Under the pieces are notes generated by a model. The model saw nothing but the letters and a program-made list of their open reading frames with translations, ran no database searches and was not told the DNA's origin. The position numbers and the translations under genes were made by a program. From the IMG/VR virus record IMGVR_UViG_3300027819_000006: DNA of 64,000 nucleotides; one strand, given 5' to 3'. Each line of letters begins with the position of its first letter. The stretch's first letter is position 1. This stretch comes from a virus. Taxonomy: Duplodnaviria > Caudoviricetes. This document shows, one piece after another, positions 18,778 through 29,054 of the stretch.

Positions 18778-19653
18778 CTACTCTATTTTAAGTATATTGA
18801 ATTTCTTATATTTTAAATATTGCTCTATTTCGTGATTTGTAGAGGGTATTATTCTATCAAACTGTTTTATATTCTTTTCTATAGCTCTTTCTCTTGGATT
18901 TCTATCTGCTCTAACTCTAAATACTATTCTCTTATCATTTGCCCAAGATCCATACTCTGCAGTATAAAATTTAAATTTACCATCTTTGAAAGTATATGTT
19001 TTTTGTTCTAATATTGTTTTTAATTTCAATTGCTCTAATATATCAGTAACAACTCCACTTGATATAGACATACTTAAATCGATAATTTTATAATATCCAT
19101 TCTTTTGCATTATATTTGATGAATGCCAATCTTTAAAAATTATTTTCATTTCTTTTAAATCATTTGCTGCATCTATCATATTTTTCAAAAATTTTGCTTC
19201 ATTCGGTGCTATATTATTATCGCAGTATAAATTTTTTAATAACTGTTTTGCATTATTTTTATTAACTATACTTAAAGATATAAAGTCATCTGTTATATGC
19301 TCTAACAATTTCCATAATGGCAAAGCAAAATCATTATTATTTCTGAATTTAAATAGCCAATCATCAATGATATCTTTATTTATAGATTTTAACTTTTCTT
19401 GTTCTATAAACCATACATCATTTATTGAATTGAGTTTAAATACTCTAAAAATTTTTACAATATTTTTAAAATTTTTCCCAATTATAATAGAAGACGAATT
19501 AGCTTCTCTTTCATCAGAAGTTATTTTTAGAACTCTGTCGTTGCCTATATCATAAGCATATCCAAATTCTCCTCTACCTATAAATTTTATTAAAACATAA
19601 TTATTTCTTAATAATTTATTTTCTACATCTTTAAAATTTTTAATATTGTACAT
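18778..19653 (-). CDS. protein-kinase-like paralogue K2 with C-terminal extension
   Basis: GRGEFG, VLK, DWHSSN, IDLS. Confidence 0.85.
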   Translation of the reverse strand: MYNIKNFKDVENKLLRNNYVLIKFIGRGEFGYAYDIGNDRVLKITSDEREANSSSIIIGKNFKNIVKIFRVFKLNSINDVWFIEQEKLKSINKDIIDDWLFKFRNNNDFALPLWKLLEHITDDFISLSIVNKNNAKQLLKNLYCDNNIAPNEAKFLKNMIDAANDLKEMKIIFKDWHSSNIMQKNGYYKIIDLSMSISSGVVTDILEQLKLKTILEQKTYTFKDGKFKFYTAEYGSWANDKRIVFRVRADRNPRERAIEKNIKQFDRIIPSTNHEIEQYLKYKKFNILKIE

Positions 19654-19661
19654 AATTTTTA

Positions 19662-20357
19662 TTAATTGAGTAATGTTTTCAATTTAAATTGCTCTAATAT
19701 GTCTGTCACTTTTCCAGTAGATTTAGAAACACCTAAATCTGTTATTTTATAGTTGCCGTCTTTCCATAGAATATTTCCTTCATGCCAATCTCTGAAACTT
19801 ATCCCTACTTTTTCTAAATGCTTTGCAGCATCAAACATGTCTATAATAAAATTGTACTCATCAGATTTCATTTTATGTCTCATGAATGAGCCATAAAATC
19901 TATCTGCCGAAATATAACTCATTTCACGCTTTACAATCATGTCGATTAATTTTTCTGCATCTGTTTGCAATAAACTGTGAAAATGAGAATTGAAATAAGC
20001 TGTATCAGAAATATAAGTTAGTAGCTTTTGAAGTGTGCCTCCAATACTTCTATTTTCATATGATCTTTTGTCTTCTAAATACTGCTCTATCTTATCTTCA
20101 TCTATATGCTTTAATTTTTCTTGCTCAATGAACCAGAGATAGTCTACATTTTTCAACTTAAATACTTTATATATCTGTACAATGTTTTTATGCGGATGCT
20201 TTTGTATCACAGTAGAAGAATTAGCTTCAGACTCATCTTTGGTAATTTTAAGAACTCTGTCATTGCCAATGTCATAGGCTGTGCCATATGTGCCACTGCC
20301 AAGTTTATGATCAAGACTGTAGCCATGTTTAGCTAATCTTTCTTTAATATCAGACAT
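19662..20357 (-). CDS. protein-kinase-like paralogue K3
   Basis: GSGTYG, VLK, DWHEGN, TDLG. Confidence 0.88.
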   Translation of the reverse strand: MSDIKERLAKHGYSLDHKLGSGTYGTAYDIGNDRVLKITKDESEANSSTVIQKHPHKNIVQIYKVFKLKNVDYLWFIEQEKLKHIDEDKIEQYLEDKRSYENRSIGGTLQKLLTYISDTAYFNSHFHSLLQTDAEKLIDMIVKREMSYISADRFYGSFMRHKMKSDEYNFIIDMFDAAKHLEKVGISFRDWHEGNILWKDGNYKITDLGVSKSTGKVTDILEQFKLKTLLN

Positions 20358-20362
20358 TCTAT

Positions 20363-21283
20363 TTATACTATTTCAAATTTTGATAGTTTCAAAGTGCTGT
20401 AATTAGCATCCCATTTAATGGTGCAATTGTGTTTACTATCAGCTTGCATCCATTGACTAAATATTTGCTCTACTAATTCATCTTGAGCCATCATTAGAGG
20501 AGGATCAAATTTAACTCCAGCATCAATCATTCTTTTAACTTGCTGATAGCGATCTTTCTGATCTTCTTTGATTATCTGCTTTAGTTTCATTTCACGCTCC
20601 AATATTTCAATTTTTTGTTGAGGAGATATAGATGCTCCAAGATCTATAAGCATATATCTTCCATTTTTCTGCATTATATTGCCAGAATGCCAATCATGAA
20701 AACGAATTCCATTTTCATAAATATGTTTTGCTGCAGACAACATATCTACAAAAAAAGAGTGAAATCCTTTAGACATTTTTTCTACTTTATATTTTCTATT
20801 TATAAACTCATGTTTATCAACCATTCTCTTTACTATTCCCTCTATATCATAATTTTTAGTTACTGTTCTGCTTTGAGAATAATATGTAAGAATAGATAAA
20901 ATATTTTTATAATATGGAGAATCTTCTGCTTCTTGTATTATTGTGTATAGCAACCATTTGTTTATTTTGTTTTCATCTATGGGCTCTAATAATTCCTCTT
21001 CTTCAAAATAGCAATCTTTTTCACTACTAAATTTAAATACTCTATATACTTTTACTATATTTGGATGTGGATGGTACATAATTATATTCATTGCATCTGC
21101 TTCTGAGTCATCGTCTGTTATTTTTAGAACTCTATCAGAAGATATTTTAAATGCTTTGCCACAAACGCCTGCACCTAAATAGTTACTTAGATGGTAGCCT
21201 AATTTGTTTAGCTTGCTTTCTACTGCACCTATATCTACATGTTCTTTAATTATTTTCATTATGGAACTATTATTCTCCAACAT
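20363..21283 (-). CDS. protein-kinase-like paralogue K4 with C-terminal extension
   Basis: GAGVCG, VLK, HDWHSGN, IDLG; internal MKLKQIIKE. Confidence 0.88.
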   Translation of the reverse strand: MLENNSSIMKIIKEHVDIGAVESKLNKLGYHLSNYLGAGVCGKAFKISSDRVLKITDDDSEADAMNIIMYHPHPNIVKVYRVFKFSSEKDCYFEEEELLEPIDENKINKWLLYTIIQEAEDSPYYKNILSILTYYSQSRTVTKNYDIEGIVKRMVDKHEFINRKYKVEKMSKGFHSFFVDMLSAAKHIYENGIRFHDWHSGNIMQKNGRYMLIDLGASISPQQKIEILEREMKLKQIIKEDQKDRYQQVKRMIDAGVKFDPPLMMAQDELVEQIFSQWMQADSKHNCTIKWDANYSTLKLSKFEIV

Positions 21284-22182
21284 GTGTCAATCTCATCTTC
21301 CCAAACTCTAATTAATCTGTATCCATTATCTTCTGCTAACTTGTTTTTTTCTATATCATTTATAACGACATATTTTTGAGTTTCATTTATGTGACCATTT
21401 ACATATATAGAGGGCTTACAGTGCCAATAACAACCATCTACTTCTATAAGAATATTATATTCTGGTAAATAGAAATCATAAAATTTATTTTTACTACTCT
21501 TTATAACAAATTGTTGTATATATTTTATGTTGTTTTCTTCTAATATTTGCTTTAATTTTAATTCAGGTTTTGTATTTCTGCCGCAAAACATTTTATGTCT
21601 ATTATTTTTCATTCTTATGCTGCTTTCTATAGCTGCTTCAGGATGCTCTAAATAATAAGCTTTTTTTGTTTTTGATATAAGATTTTTCGTTTCTTTTGTA
21701 TGTTTTTTACCATAGAATGGATTTTTATCTCCAATTTTAAGTTTTTGTTTTTCAGACATTTTAAATCTAGTTTCAGCAGTATGGTGTTTACCATACAGAG
21801 GATGATTTTCTCCCTTAATACTATCACTGATTTTTTTCTTATGTTCTTCTGTCAGAGGTTTTCTTTCGCTATTATATATTTCTTTAAATCTATCTTCTCC
21901 AAGATATTCTTTCATGTCGAGGTTTTTATTCCATGTTTCATTTTCAGAATAATATTGTTTATTGCTCTCAGATATAAGATCTTTAGTTTCTTTTGTATGT
22001 TTCTTATTATAAAAACCATTACCTGCGCCCATCTTAGAAAGTCTAAGTTCTTCAGAAAATATTGGAGCATCTGGAAATCTTGTTCTGTATTCAAGAGTTG
22101 TAATGCTATGTTTACTTTTCAAGTGAGATGGCGTGATAAAATTAAATTTTTTATCTTTCGGACATAGTTCGCAATTTATCAT
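21259..22182 (-). CDS. homing-endonuclease-like protein (NUMOD3, DUF559/Vsr-like nuclease)
   Basis: HTKETK repeats; YDFYLPEYNILIEVDGCYWH. Confidence 0.85.
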   Translation of the reverse strand: MINCELCPKDKKFNFITPSHLKSKHSITTLEYRTRFPDAPIFSEELRLSKMGAGNGFYNKKHTKETKDLISESNKQYYSENETWNKNLDMKEYLGEDRFKEIYNSERKPLTEEHKKKISDSIKGENHPLYGKHHTAETRFKMSEKQKLKIGDKNPFYGKKHTKETKNLISKTKKAYYLEHPEAAIESSIRMKNNRHKMFCGRNTKPELKLKQILEENNIKYIQQFVIKSSKNKFYDFYLPEYNILIEVDGCYWHCKPSIYVNGHINETQKYVVINDIEKNKLAEDNGYRLIRVWEDEIDTCWRIIVP

Positions 22183-22196
22183 ATACCTCTAAAAAA

Positions 22197-22751
22197 TCAA
22201 TAAGGATTTTGGGAATCGTGCTCTATTTCATTATTATTTTCATCAATATTAGATCTAGGATTGAAGACATCTTGTCTTACACTATAAGCTTTTAATAAGA
22301 CTGATACTTTTCCCTGCGGGACACCAAAAAAGAATTTAGGTACACCGGCATAGTTTATTTCGAAAAAAGCTCCGTCATATTCTAAATAGTCACCCACTTT
22401 AGGATCTATACCTAATTCTGTCATTCTGTCTTTGTGTGCGCTTACTTCAATTGTGCGAGGGCTTTCTGTTGTAAATGCTCCAGTAGTATTTTCTACTCTG
22501 TCTAGCATTACCCATGCATAGAACATCACTGGCTGTCTAGATATTTTCTTTTCTGCCTCTCCATAGATATCATTACCATCTGTTAAAGTTCTATCAATCA
22601 TCCAATAATTAAGATTTTGCAATTGTACTATTTCTAATAGAGAAGTATTAACATAGTTCACATAAGCCATGGTGCGAGCATCAAAAAATAGAGAATATTT
22701 AGGATCTGACGTTGTAGAAGAAAAAAGCGAAGCCATTATATTATTCTCCAA
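22197..22751 (-). CDS. gp14: neck / head-completion protein (T4 gp14-like)
   Basis: DIYGEA..K, PKVGDYLEYDGAFFEI; between gp13- and gp15-like genes. Confidence 0.55.
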   Translation of the reverse strand: MENNIMASLFSSTTSDPKYSLFFDARTMAYVNYVNTSLLEIVQLQNLNYWMIDRTLTDGNDIYGEAEKKISRQPVMFYAWVMLDRVENTTGAFTTESPRTIEVSAHKDRMTELGIDPKVGDYLEYDGAFFEINYAGVPKFFFGVPQGKVSVLLKAYSVRQDVFNPRSNIDENNNEIEHDSQNPY

Positions 22752-23447
22752 ACTATATCTATTTCATCTTCCCAAATACGAATTGGTCTATAACCATTGT
22801 CTTCAGCAAGCTTATTTTTATATTCATCATTTTCTGTTCCATATGGATAATTATGCCAATATTTACCGTCAACTTCTATTAACAGATTATGTTCGATAAT
22901 ATAAAAATCAAAAAATTTACCTTCTACATTGAATTGTTTTACATATGATAAATTCATACTTTGTAAAATTTTTTCTACTTTTTTCTCTGGTTTTGTATCA
23001 AAAAATTGTCTACTATTATTTCTTCTACCTTCATTATAAGCTACTTTCAATGAAGAGCTTATTTTTTGTTTCATTTTTTCAGGCAAATGTATATTGCTAT
23101 TCCAGGGTTTTCTTCCTTTACCAGCTTTACTGAGATTATTTTTATGACTTTCTGTTAGATGTTTTCCTTTATTTTTCTTTCCTATGTTTCTAATTTTTTC
23201 TCTTTTTTCTTCAGTATATGCTTCTTTCATTTTATTTTTAGTTTCTTCAGACCTTGTACTGCCTGTCTGAGCTATAGAAGCTCTATTTCTAAGACCTATA
23301 GATTTTAAACAACATAAATTATATTCAGTTTTATACTCTACCAATGTCATTTCATGCTTTTTCAAATGAGTATGTTATTTCTTCAAAAAATTTGTGACAA
23401 ATTTGGCATTCTATTTTTAATTGATTGTTGTCTAATAAATCAGCCAT
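22736..23447 (-). pseudogene. HEG with frameshift near 23370 (NUMOD3, DUF559-like)
   Basis: ATG 23447 gives MADLL...CQICHKFFEEIT; second frame continues THLKKHEM...FDFYIIEHNLLIEVDGKYWH. Confidence 0.7.
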
Positions 23448-24084
23448 TTTGTAATATCTCTTTTAATTCTATATTAGCTTTTTTTGCTACTTCTGAAAAC
23501 CCTAAATCTATTAGCTTATAACATGAAGCATCTTTCATAACATTTCCAATATGATAATCGTGAAATTTTATTCCAACTTTATGCAAATGTCTAGCAGCTT
23601 GTACCATATCTTCTAAAAATCTCTTTGATATAGCAGATAAATTCTCTAATATTCTGAGCTCTTTGTTATAGAAATATCCATTTAACAATATTTTATCTAT
23701 GACATCAAATCTTCCCTGATATAATAGATCTGCTATTCTGATATCTGGTCCTTTTTCTTCTAATTTAATAAAGTTTTCTAATAGGTCGTCTATTGTAATT
23801 TCTTCTTCATCGCTCAGTTTCTGCAATCTTCCCTCTACAATATAGTATAAATCCTTGTCACTCTTGAACTGAAATACTTTATAGACTTTGACTATATAGT
23901 CTGAAGGATATTCTTTTATGATAGCCATTGAATTAGCCTCAGATTCATCACTTGTAATTTTTAGTATTAGAGCATTGTTAATTCTATAAGCTACTCCTCT
24001 AGTATCAAAACCTAACATTGATTTAATGTCAATATTCTCTTTTGATAGTTTCTTTCTCAACTCTTTGTTAACTACTATTTTCAT
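23440..24084 (-). CDS. protein-kinase-like paralogue K5 (degenerate Gly loop)
   Basis: GFDTRG, ILK, SEA, HDYHIGN, IDLG. Confidence 0.8.
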   Translation of the reverse strand: MKIVVNKELRKKLSKENIDIKSMLGFDTRGVAYRINNALILKITSDESEANSMAIIKEYPSDYIVKVYKVFQFKSDKDLYYIVEGRLQKLSDEEEITIDDLLENFIKLEEKGPDIRIADLLYQGRFDVIDKILLNGYFYNKELRILENLSAISKRFLEDMVQAARHLHKVGIKFHDYHIGNVMKDASCYKLIDLGFSEVAKKANIELKEILQNG

Positions 24085-24712
24085 TGTAATTCTAAATATT
24101 TTAACATATATGTTAGAAATTTTTTATATATAATACCACCTATTTCATGATATATTTTACTTGTATTATTTACTTCATATAAATGTTCTGTAATATGCAA
24201 AGAATGATTATTTTCTAATTCATCTACTACCATATCTCCTATTTCATCTATATCATAATCTTTTACTAAAACTTGTATTGCATCATTAGCTTGTGCCTCT
24301 ATTTCATTTTCTCTCGAATAATAAGTCTTATCATCTAACTGAGTAACTGTTTCGTGGTTATTTTGTTTAGCATGAATCAATTCATGCTTATAGATAGATT
24401 CAAATTCATCAATAAATTCTTGTAAATTGTTTTCATTTATTTTTGTATATTTGTCTATAAAGATTATGATTTTTTTCTTATTATATTCATACCCTCCACC
24501 TGCTAAAATTTTATCATATTTTCTTTTTTTATTTGTATACATAAATTTTATATTGTATTTTTCAAGCAAATCGTTTAGATTATCTATAAGCCCCTGATTG
24601 TCGAAAGTTTGAATAATACACCTTTTTTCTTTAAAAATAATATCTTTAATATAAAATCTTTAAATATATTTTCTTTTAATAATAATTTCAATTTCATGTT
24701 GTCTGTTTCCAT
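24081..24712 (-). CDS. HExxH metalloprotease-like protein with MKLKLLLKE leader; one-base frameshift at 24653-24656
   Basis: HELIHAKQ...ENEIEAQA; 5' frame METDNMKLKLLLKE joins by adding one T. Confidence 0.55.
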
Positions 24713-24787
24713 TTTAATTTGTATTGTAGAATTCAATCTAAGGTCATTAGATGAATTCTAGACTCCTCTAATTTGTAGTATCATATA

Positions 24788-25186
24788 CTATATGGACTTC
24801 TTATTCTCTACTATATACAAATTTTTACTTTTGTAAATATTAGAATATTTTTTAGACAATGCCTCCCATATACCTGTAGAATATTCATTCAGACTAATAC
24901 TACTCTTCACTGTTATATTTCTGTCTATATGCAATATTTTTGATATGCACAGTTCATAGAAAAACATCCCGAGTCCTCTGCCACGAAGTTCTTTATTCAG
25001 TTCAGATGTTGTAACTTGAAAACATTTTCTATTTAAACTATCTCTAGATATGTCTCCTTCGATAGTTCCTAAATTGTTTGCTTTTATTTTATGAACAGGT
25101 TTATACAGATCTCTTAAATAACAGATCCATCTATTATCTTCAAAGTTTATATCTAGTGAAATATCTAAACATTGTTCGAAGTTCAT
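24788..25186 (-). CDS. GNAT-like acetyltransferase
   Basis: LRGRGLG acetyl-CoA loop, S..IWEAL. Confidence 0.55.
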   Translation of the reverse strand: MNFEQCLDISLDINFEDNRWICYLRDLYKPVHKIKANNLGTIEGDISRDSLNRKCFQVTTSELNKELRGRGLGMFFYELCISKILHIDRNITVKSSISLNEYSTGIWEALSKKYSNIYKSKNLYIVENKKSI

Positions 25187-25218
25187 AGAATTAATGTTAT
25201 ATTAAGTAATACTATTTA

Positions 25219-26371
25219 TTAATATATTGTCCATTTCTCATCTATTTCATCTTCCCAAACTCTGACTATTTTGTAACCATTATCTTTAGCAACAAAATTT
25301 TTATATTTATCTCTTTTCCATATCTCTTCAGCTGTAGTTTTCATGTATGGGTGTATATACTCAGCAGAATATTTGCTGGGCTTACAATGCCAATAACAAC
25401 CGTCAACTTCTAAAAGTATATTAAAATCTGGCAAATAGAAATCATAAAATCGACATCTTTTATTTTTTCTATCATATACTACCCACTGTTTTTCATAATT
25501 TATGTTGTTTTTTAATAGTATTTTTTCAATTTTAATTTCGCAAGATGTATTAAATCTAACATTTTTAGCTTTAATGTTTGTATATTTTCTTTCCACATTT
25601 TTAAAGCTTCTTCTTCTCCATACGCATCAATCCACAAGTCTAAACGTTTATTCCATACATTGGATTACCAGAACCAGATATTCTTTCTGACATATCTTCA
25701 TATTTTTTTTTCCACATTTCTTCAGCAATTTCAGGACCATGTTTTTCAGTCCAAATTTCTTTAACAGATGTACCAAACCAAGCATTTTTTGAACCACTTA
25801 CAGAAGCGGAAATTTTATCATGTCTTATTTCAGCTAATCTATTAGCTTCTTCTATACCATGTATATCAACCCAATGTTCATAAACCGATTTACCAAACAT
25901 TCCATTCATAGAACCTGTCAAACTCCAAGTACCATTTTCTATTCTAGTTTCTTTAGCTTTTTTAGCTATATCTTGATAAAATAGTTCTTTCTCTTCTCCC
26001 GATACAGATTGAGTATAGCTAATAAAATCATCTCTAAAATAATTTGGGAAATGTTCATATCTTGTTTTTACTATCTTGTCACTTAATTCTTTTATTTGTT
26101 CTTCTGTAAATGTTCTAGCCCAATGTTTAGTTTCCATAGCTTCTTTTGTGGAATCAGAAGTTATTTTTCTCATTTCATCACTCCAACATTTAGCTTCTGG
26201 AAATTCTTTCATATATTCTTCTTTGGTACTGTCATGACTACTTTTGAAATGTCTATTATCTATTTTTAAATATTCTGTTCTTTCATTATCATCTCTTACA
26301 CACCAAAAACAAGTCACCATAATGTTTTCTCCAATTTTTAAATTTTGATTGATAATATAAATATCAACCAA
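25219..26371 (-). pseudogene. HEG split by two one-base deletions (25642-25644, 25590-25592)
   Basis: repeat unit GxxNxxxG.SV.E.W...HG.EEA upstream; FYDFYLPDFNILLEVDGCYWH downstream. Confidence 0.7.
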
Positions 26372-26386
26372 TTATTAAAATTGGCA

Positions 26387-27613
26387 TTATCCCATTATAT
26401 AAATACCCCCTCCAGCAAAAGGAATAAATTGCATCTGTCTACTTATAGCTTCTGCCATTTCTGCATTTCTCTTATATATTTCTATATCTGATGTTTCTTC
26501 TAATCCAGCTTTCAACTCTTCTCTTAATTCTGTCTGTCTAGTCAAAGCTTCTGAAACCAACTGTTCTCCATCCATAGTTATATCACCATTAGGAATTGGA
26601 ATGCTAGAGAATCTTCTTCTGATTTTACCAAGCATCTCATTAGACAGAGCTAATGTATATTGTCTAATCCATCTTCTACCAAATGCATTTATCTTGTCAT
26701 AGGTTATGTCTGTAAATGGAACATTTGTAATATTAGTTACACCAGAGATTGATGGATCCCCGCCGGTTGTTGAATAGTCTGCATTTAAGGGATTATAGTC
26801 GTAGAATGTATATTCTATCCATATCTTCAAATTTTTAGAAGGTTTAGGCAGAAGCCTAATTCTGTCTCCATAGATATTATATGTATGATTACTTCTTCTA
26901 ACTCTGTCATTTGTCTCTAACATTCCAGCTCTTAGAATGTCTGTCCATATGGGCATTATATAGAATATAGTTTCCATATTCATCGATTCATATTGAAACT
27001 CTTGAGATAATGTATTAACAGAAGAATATGGATCATAAAACCTGTATAGTGAAGATGGTTCGGAATGCCATACTTTTCTAACTTCTATTCTTGCTGAAGA
27101 TACAGATTGTAAATATGATCCTATAGAACTTCCTGATAATTCATCTGTAAAATTATTTAGTAAACTATAATCCATGCTTGTTGAATTTATTGTGACATAA
27201 GCTCGTCTCATATTTTGAAAACCACCAGCACCGGCTTCTGTGCCATATTGAGCAGTAGATCTCATTAGATAATCCATAGTTTCTTGAGGTAGTTTGTCTG
27301 TAACATTTATATTTCTGTCCATTCCTAAATAATTGTCAATCCAGTTTTTAGCTTGGAATTGATTGACAATAGCAGAATATTCCATATTAGATTCTTCAAA
27401 TGCAGCAAATATTTGTAGATTGTCAATTTCACTAGGTAAACGAGGTTCATTTTGTCTATACCTGACCCAAGTAATAATAGACTGAGCTTCAGCTGATAAT
27501 ATATTTAGATTAATAGACATCGGAAGAGTTTGTGCTGATGCAGAAAATACAGACTGGAAACTAGAATTAGATGCTGTCTGAGATAATGTTGCGAAAAAAT
27601 TTTCAAAAGCCAT
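26387..27613 (-). CDS. gp13: neck protein (T4 gp13-like)
   Basis: C-terminal WIRQYTLALSNEMLGKIRRRFSSIPIPNGDITMDGEQLVSEA motif. Confidence 0.8.
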   Translation of the reverse strand: MAFENFFATLSQTASNSSFQSVFSASAQTLPMSINLNILSAEAQSIITWVRYRQNEPRLPSEIDNLQIFAAFEESNMEYSAIVNQFQAKNWIDNYLGMDRNINVTDKLPQETMDYLMRSTAQYGTEAGAGGFQNMRRAYVTINSTSMDYSLLNNFTDELSGSSIGSYLQSVSSARIEVRKVWHSEPSSLYRFYDPYSSVNTLSQEFQYESMNMETIFYIMPIWTDILRAGMLETNDRVRRSNHTYNIYGDRIRLLPKPSKNLKIWIEYTFYDYNPLNADYSTTGGDPSISGVTNITNVPFTDITYDKINAFGRRWIRQYTLALSNEMLGKIRRRFSSIPIPNGDITMDGEQLVSEALTRQTELREELKAGLEETSDIEIYKRNAEMAEAISRQMQFIPFAGGGIYIMG

Positions 27614-28563
27614 TACTTTTCTCCATATAGTATATCTTGATCCCAGACAGAAAATTTCATATTATTTAGTTTGCAAAATTCTTCAGCTTTTTCTATTTTT
27701 AGCACAGTATTGTCTAAATCATATTTTATTTTCCATTTGGGCTTTACTTCTATCACTTCTTTTGAATTATCTAGATGAATTATTAGAAAATCAGGTACAT
27801 AATGTTTAGTATGTGTTATAGGGATTATGATTTTATGTTTTCTTTCTTGTTTAAAATCAATGATTTTTCCATCAAACATCATTTCAGACAGTATTTTGAT
27901 AGCGTCTAATTCCATAGATGATCTATAGTATATTACTTCATTTTTTATTCCGCAATAGTAGTGTCCACTCTTGCCATAACTATACACCTTTTGAGGATTT
28001 TTTATATTTCTTTCACACTGACTTATTGACATTTTTCTTTTAGCTTCTTCTGAATGTACATATCCCTTTTTTATGCCCCAAATTTTACCAGAATCTATAG
28101 TTCTTTTTCTGACTGCTTTAATGTTGGCACTTAGTTTAGCTTTTACTTCTGGAGTATTTAATCCTTTCATCATCTTATCACGGACTTCAGGTCTAGCCAT
28201 AGCTTTTGTAGTGTTTTCAGAAATTAATTTTCTTTCTTCTTTTGTATATGTCTTATCCAGTGTAGAAAATGTAGCTAATCTTATTTTAGTAGCTTCTGTT
28301 AAAATTTTTGAACCTGGAAACTCTTTTTTGTATTCTGCAGTTGAAATTTTATGATATCTGCTTATATGAAAAGCTAAACTTTTAAATTTCTTTTCTTCTA
28401 TTTCATTAATTTTAGTGCACAGACAACATGATATCCTTTCTGTCAAGTCCACATCTTTCAGCAGCCTTTCTTTGACCATTTTTATGAATGATTTCTTTTC
28501 TTCTTTGCCAGCCAGACTTTTCAGATGCTCTATTTCTTGTGCTGTAAATTTGTCAAATGCCAA
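27613..28563 (-). CDS. NUMOD3 plus TnsA/gp4-like PD-(D/E)xK endonuclease
   Basis: HSEEAKRKMS; YRSSMEL...YVPDFLI...EVKP. Confidence 0.75.
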   Translation of the reverse strand: MAFDKFTAQEIEHLKSLAGKEEKKSFIKMVKERLLKDVDLTERISCCLCTKINEIEEKKFKSLAFHISRYHKISTAEYKKEFPGSKILTEATKIRLATFSTLDKTYTKEERKLISENTTKAMARPEVRDKMMKGLNTPEVKAKLSANIKAVRKRTIDSGKIWGIKKGYVHSEEAKRKMSISQCERNIKNPQKVYSYGKSGHYYCGIKNEVIYYRSSMELDAIKILSEMMFDGKIIDFKQERKHKIIIPITHTKHYVPDFLIIHLDNSKEVIEVKPKWKIKYDLDNTVLKIEKAEEFCKLNNMKFSVWDQDILYGEK

Positions 28564-28605
28564 GTAATTTACCTCTTTTTCTTAAATGTTTACACATTAT
28601 TCTAT

Positions 28606-28615
28606 TATAAATATA
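28606..28615 (-). promoter_or_regulatory. putative late promoter TATATTTATA
   Basis: heads the neck operon. Confidence 0.55.
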
Positions 28616-28627
28616 CAAACAAAAGCA

Positions 28628-28662
28628 AATAAAAATGCTACTGACATTTCTATCAGCAGCAT
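28628..28662 (-). terminator. intrinsic terminator
   Basis: AUGCUGCUGA/UCAGUAGCAU stem followed by U tract. Confidence 0.7.
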
Positions 28663-28723
28663 CAATCAATTCTACTTTTATTTTTATAATTGCCAGCACC
28701 ACCTCCTCATGTGAATATTAAAT

Positions 28724-28969
28724 TTACGAGGCTGCAACTACAGGCTCTGCTACCTTCTTCGTATAACTCCGCAGAACCTTTACTGTTACAGTCTTGTCTG
28801 CTACTGCAGTTTCAAATGCCGCTACATCTGAAACAGCTGAACGAGTCCAAACAGTGACTGTTGAATCATCAAAATTTACATAAACAGCAGGAACTCCAGT
28901 CTTCTCAGTGAACAGAGTCTTGACCTGCTTAACATTCATATCCGCAGAACCGACAGTTAGCTTCTTCAT
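28724..28969 (-). CDS. hypothetical protein
   Basis: 81 aa ORF with AGGAGG RBS and own promoter. Confidence 0.75.
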   Translation of the reverse strand: MKKLTVGSADMNVKQVKTLFTEKTGVPAVYVNFDDSTVTVWTRSAVSDVAAFETAVADKTVTVKVLRSYTKKVAEPVVAAS

Positions 28970-29022
28970 TTTGAAACCTCCTTAAAATAAATATTGGTTT
29001 AATTACCTAATTTGTATAGTTT

Positions 29023-29051
29023 AATATAAACAATTTTTGTTAAGAAGTAAA
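29023..29051 (-). promoter_or_regulatory. early-type promoter TTTACT-N17-TATATT
   Basis: one of seven copies. Confidence 0.7.
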
Positions 29052-29054
29052 TAG

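Noticed and set aside
23388-23404. Perfect palindrome AAATTTGT-G-ACAAATTT as an operator
   Set aside because: Falls within the restored coding sequence (CQICHKF) of the frameshifted HEG and is low complexity
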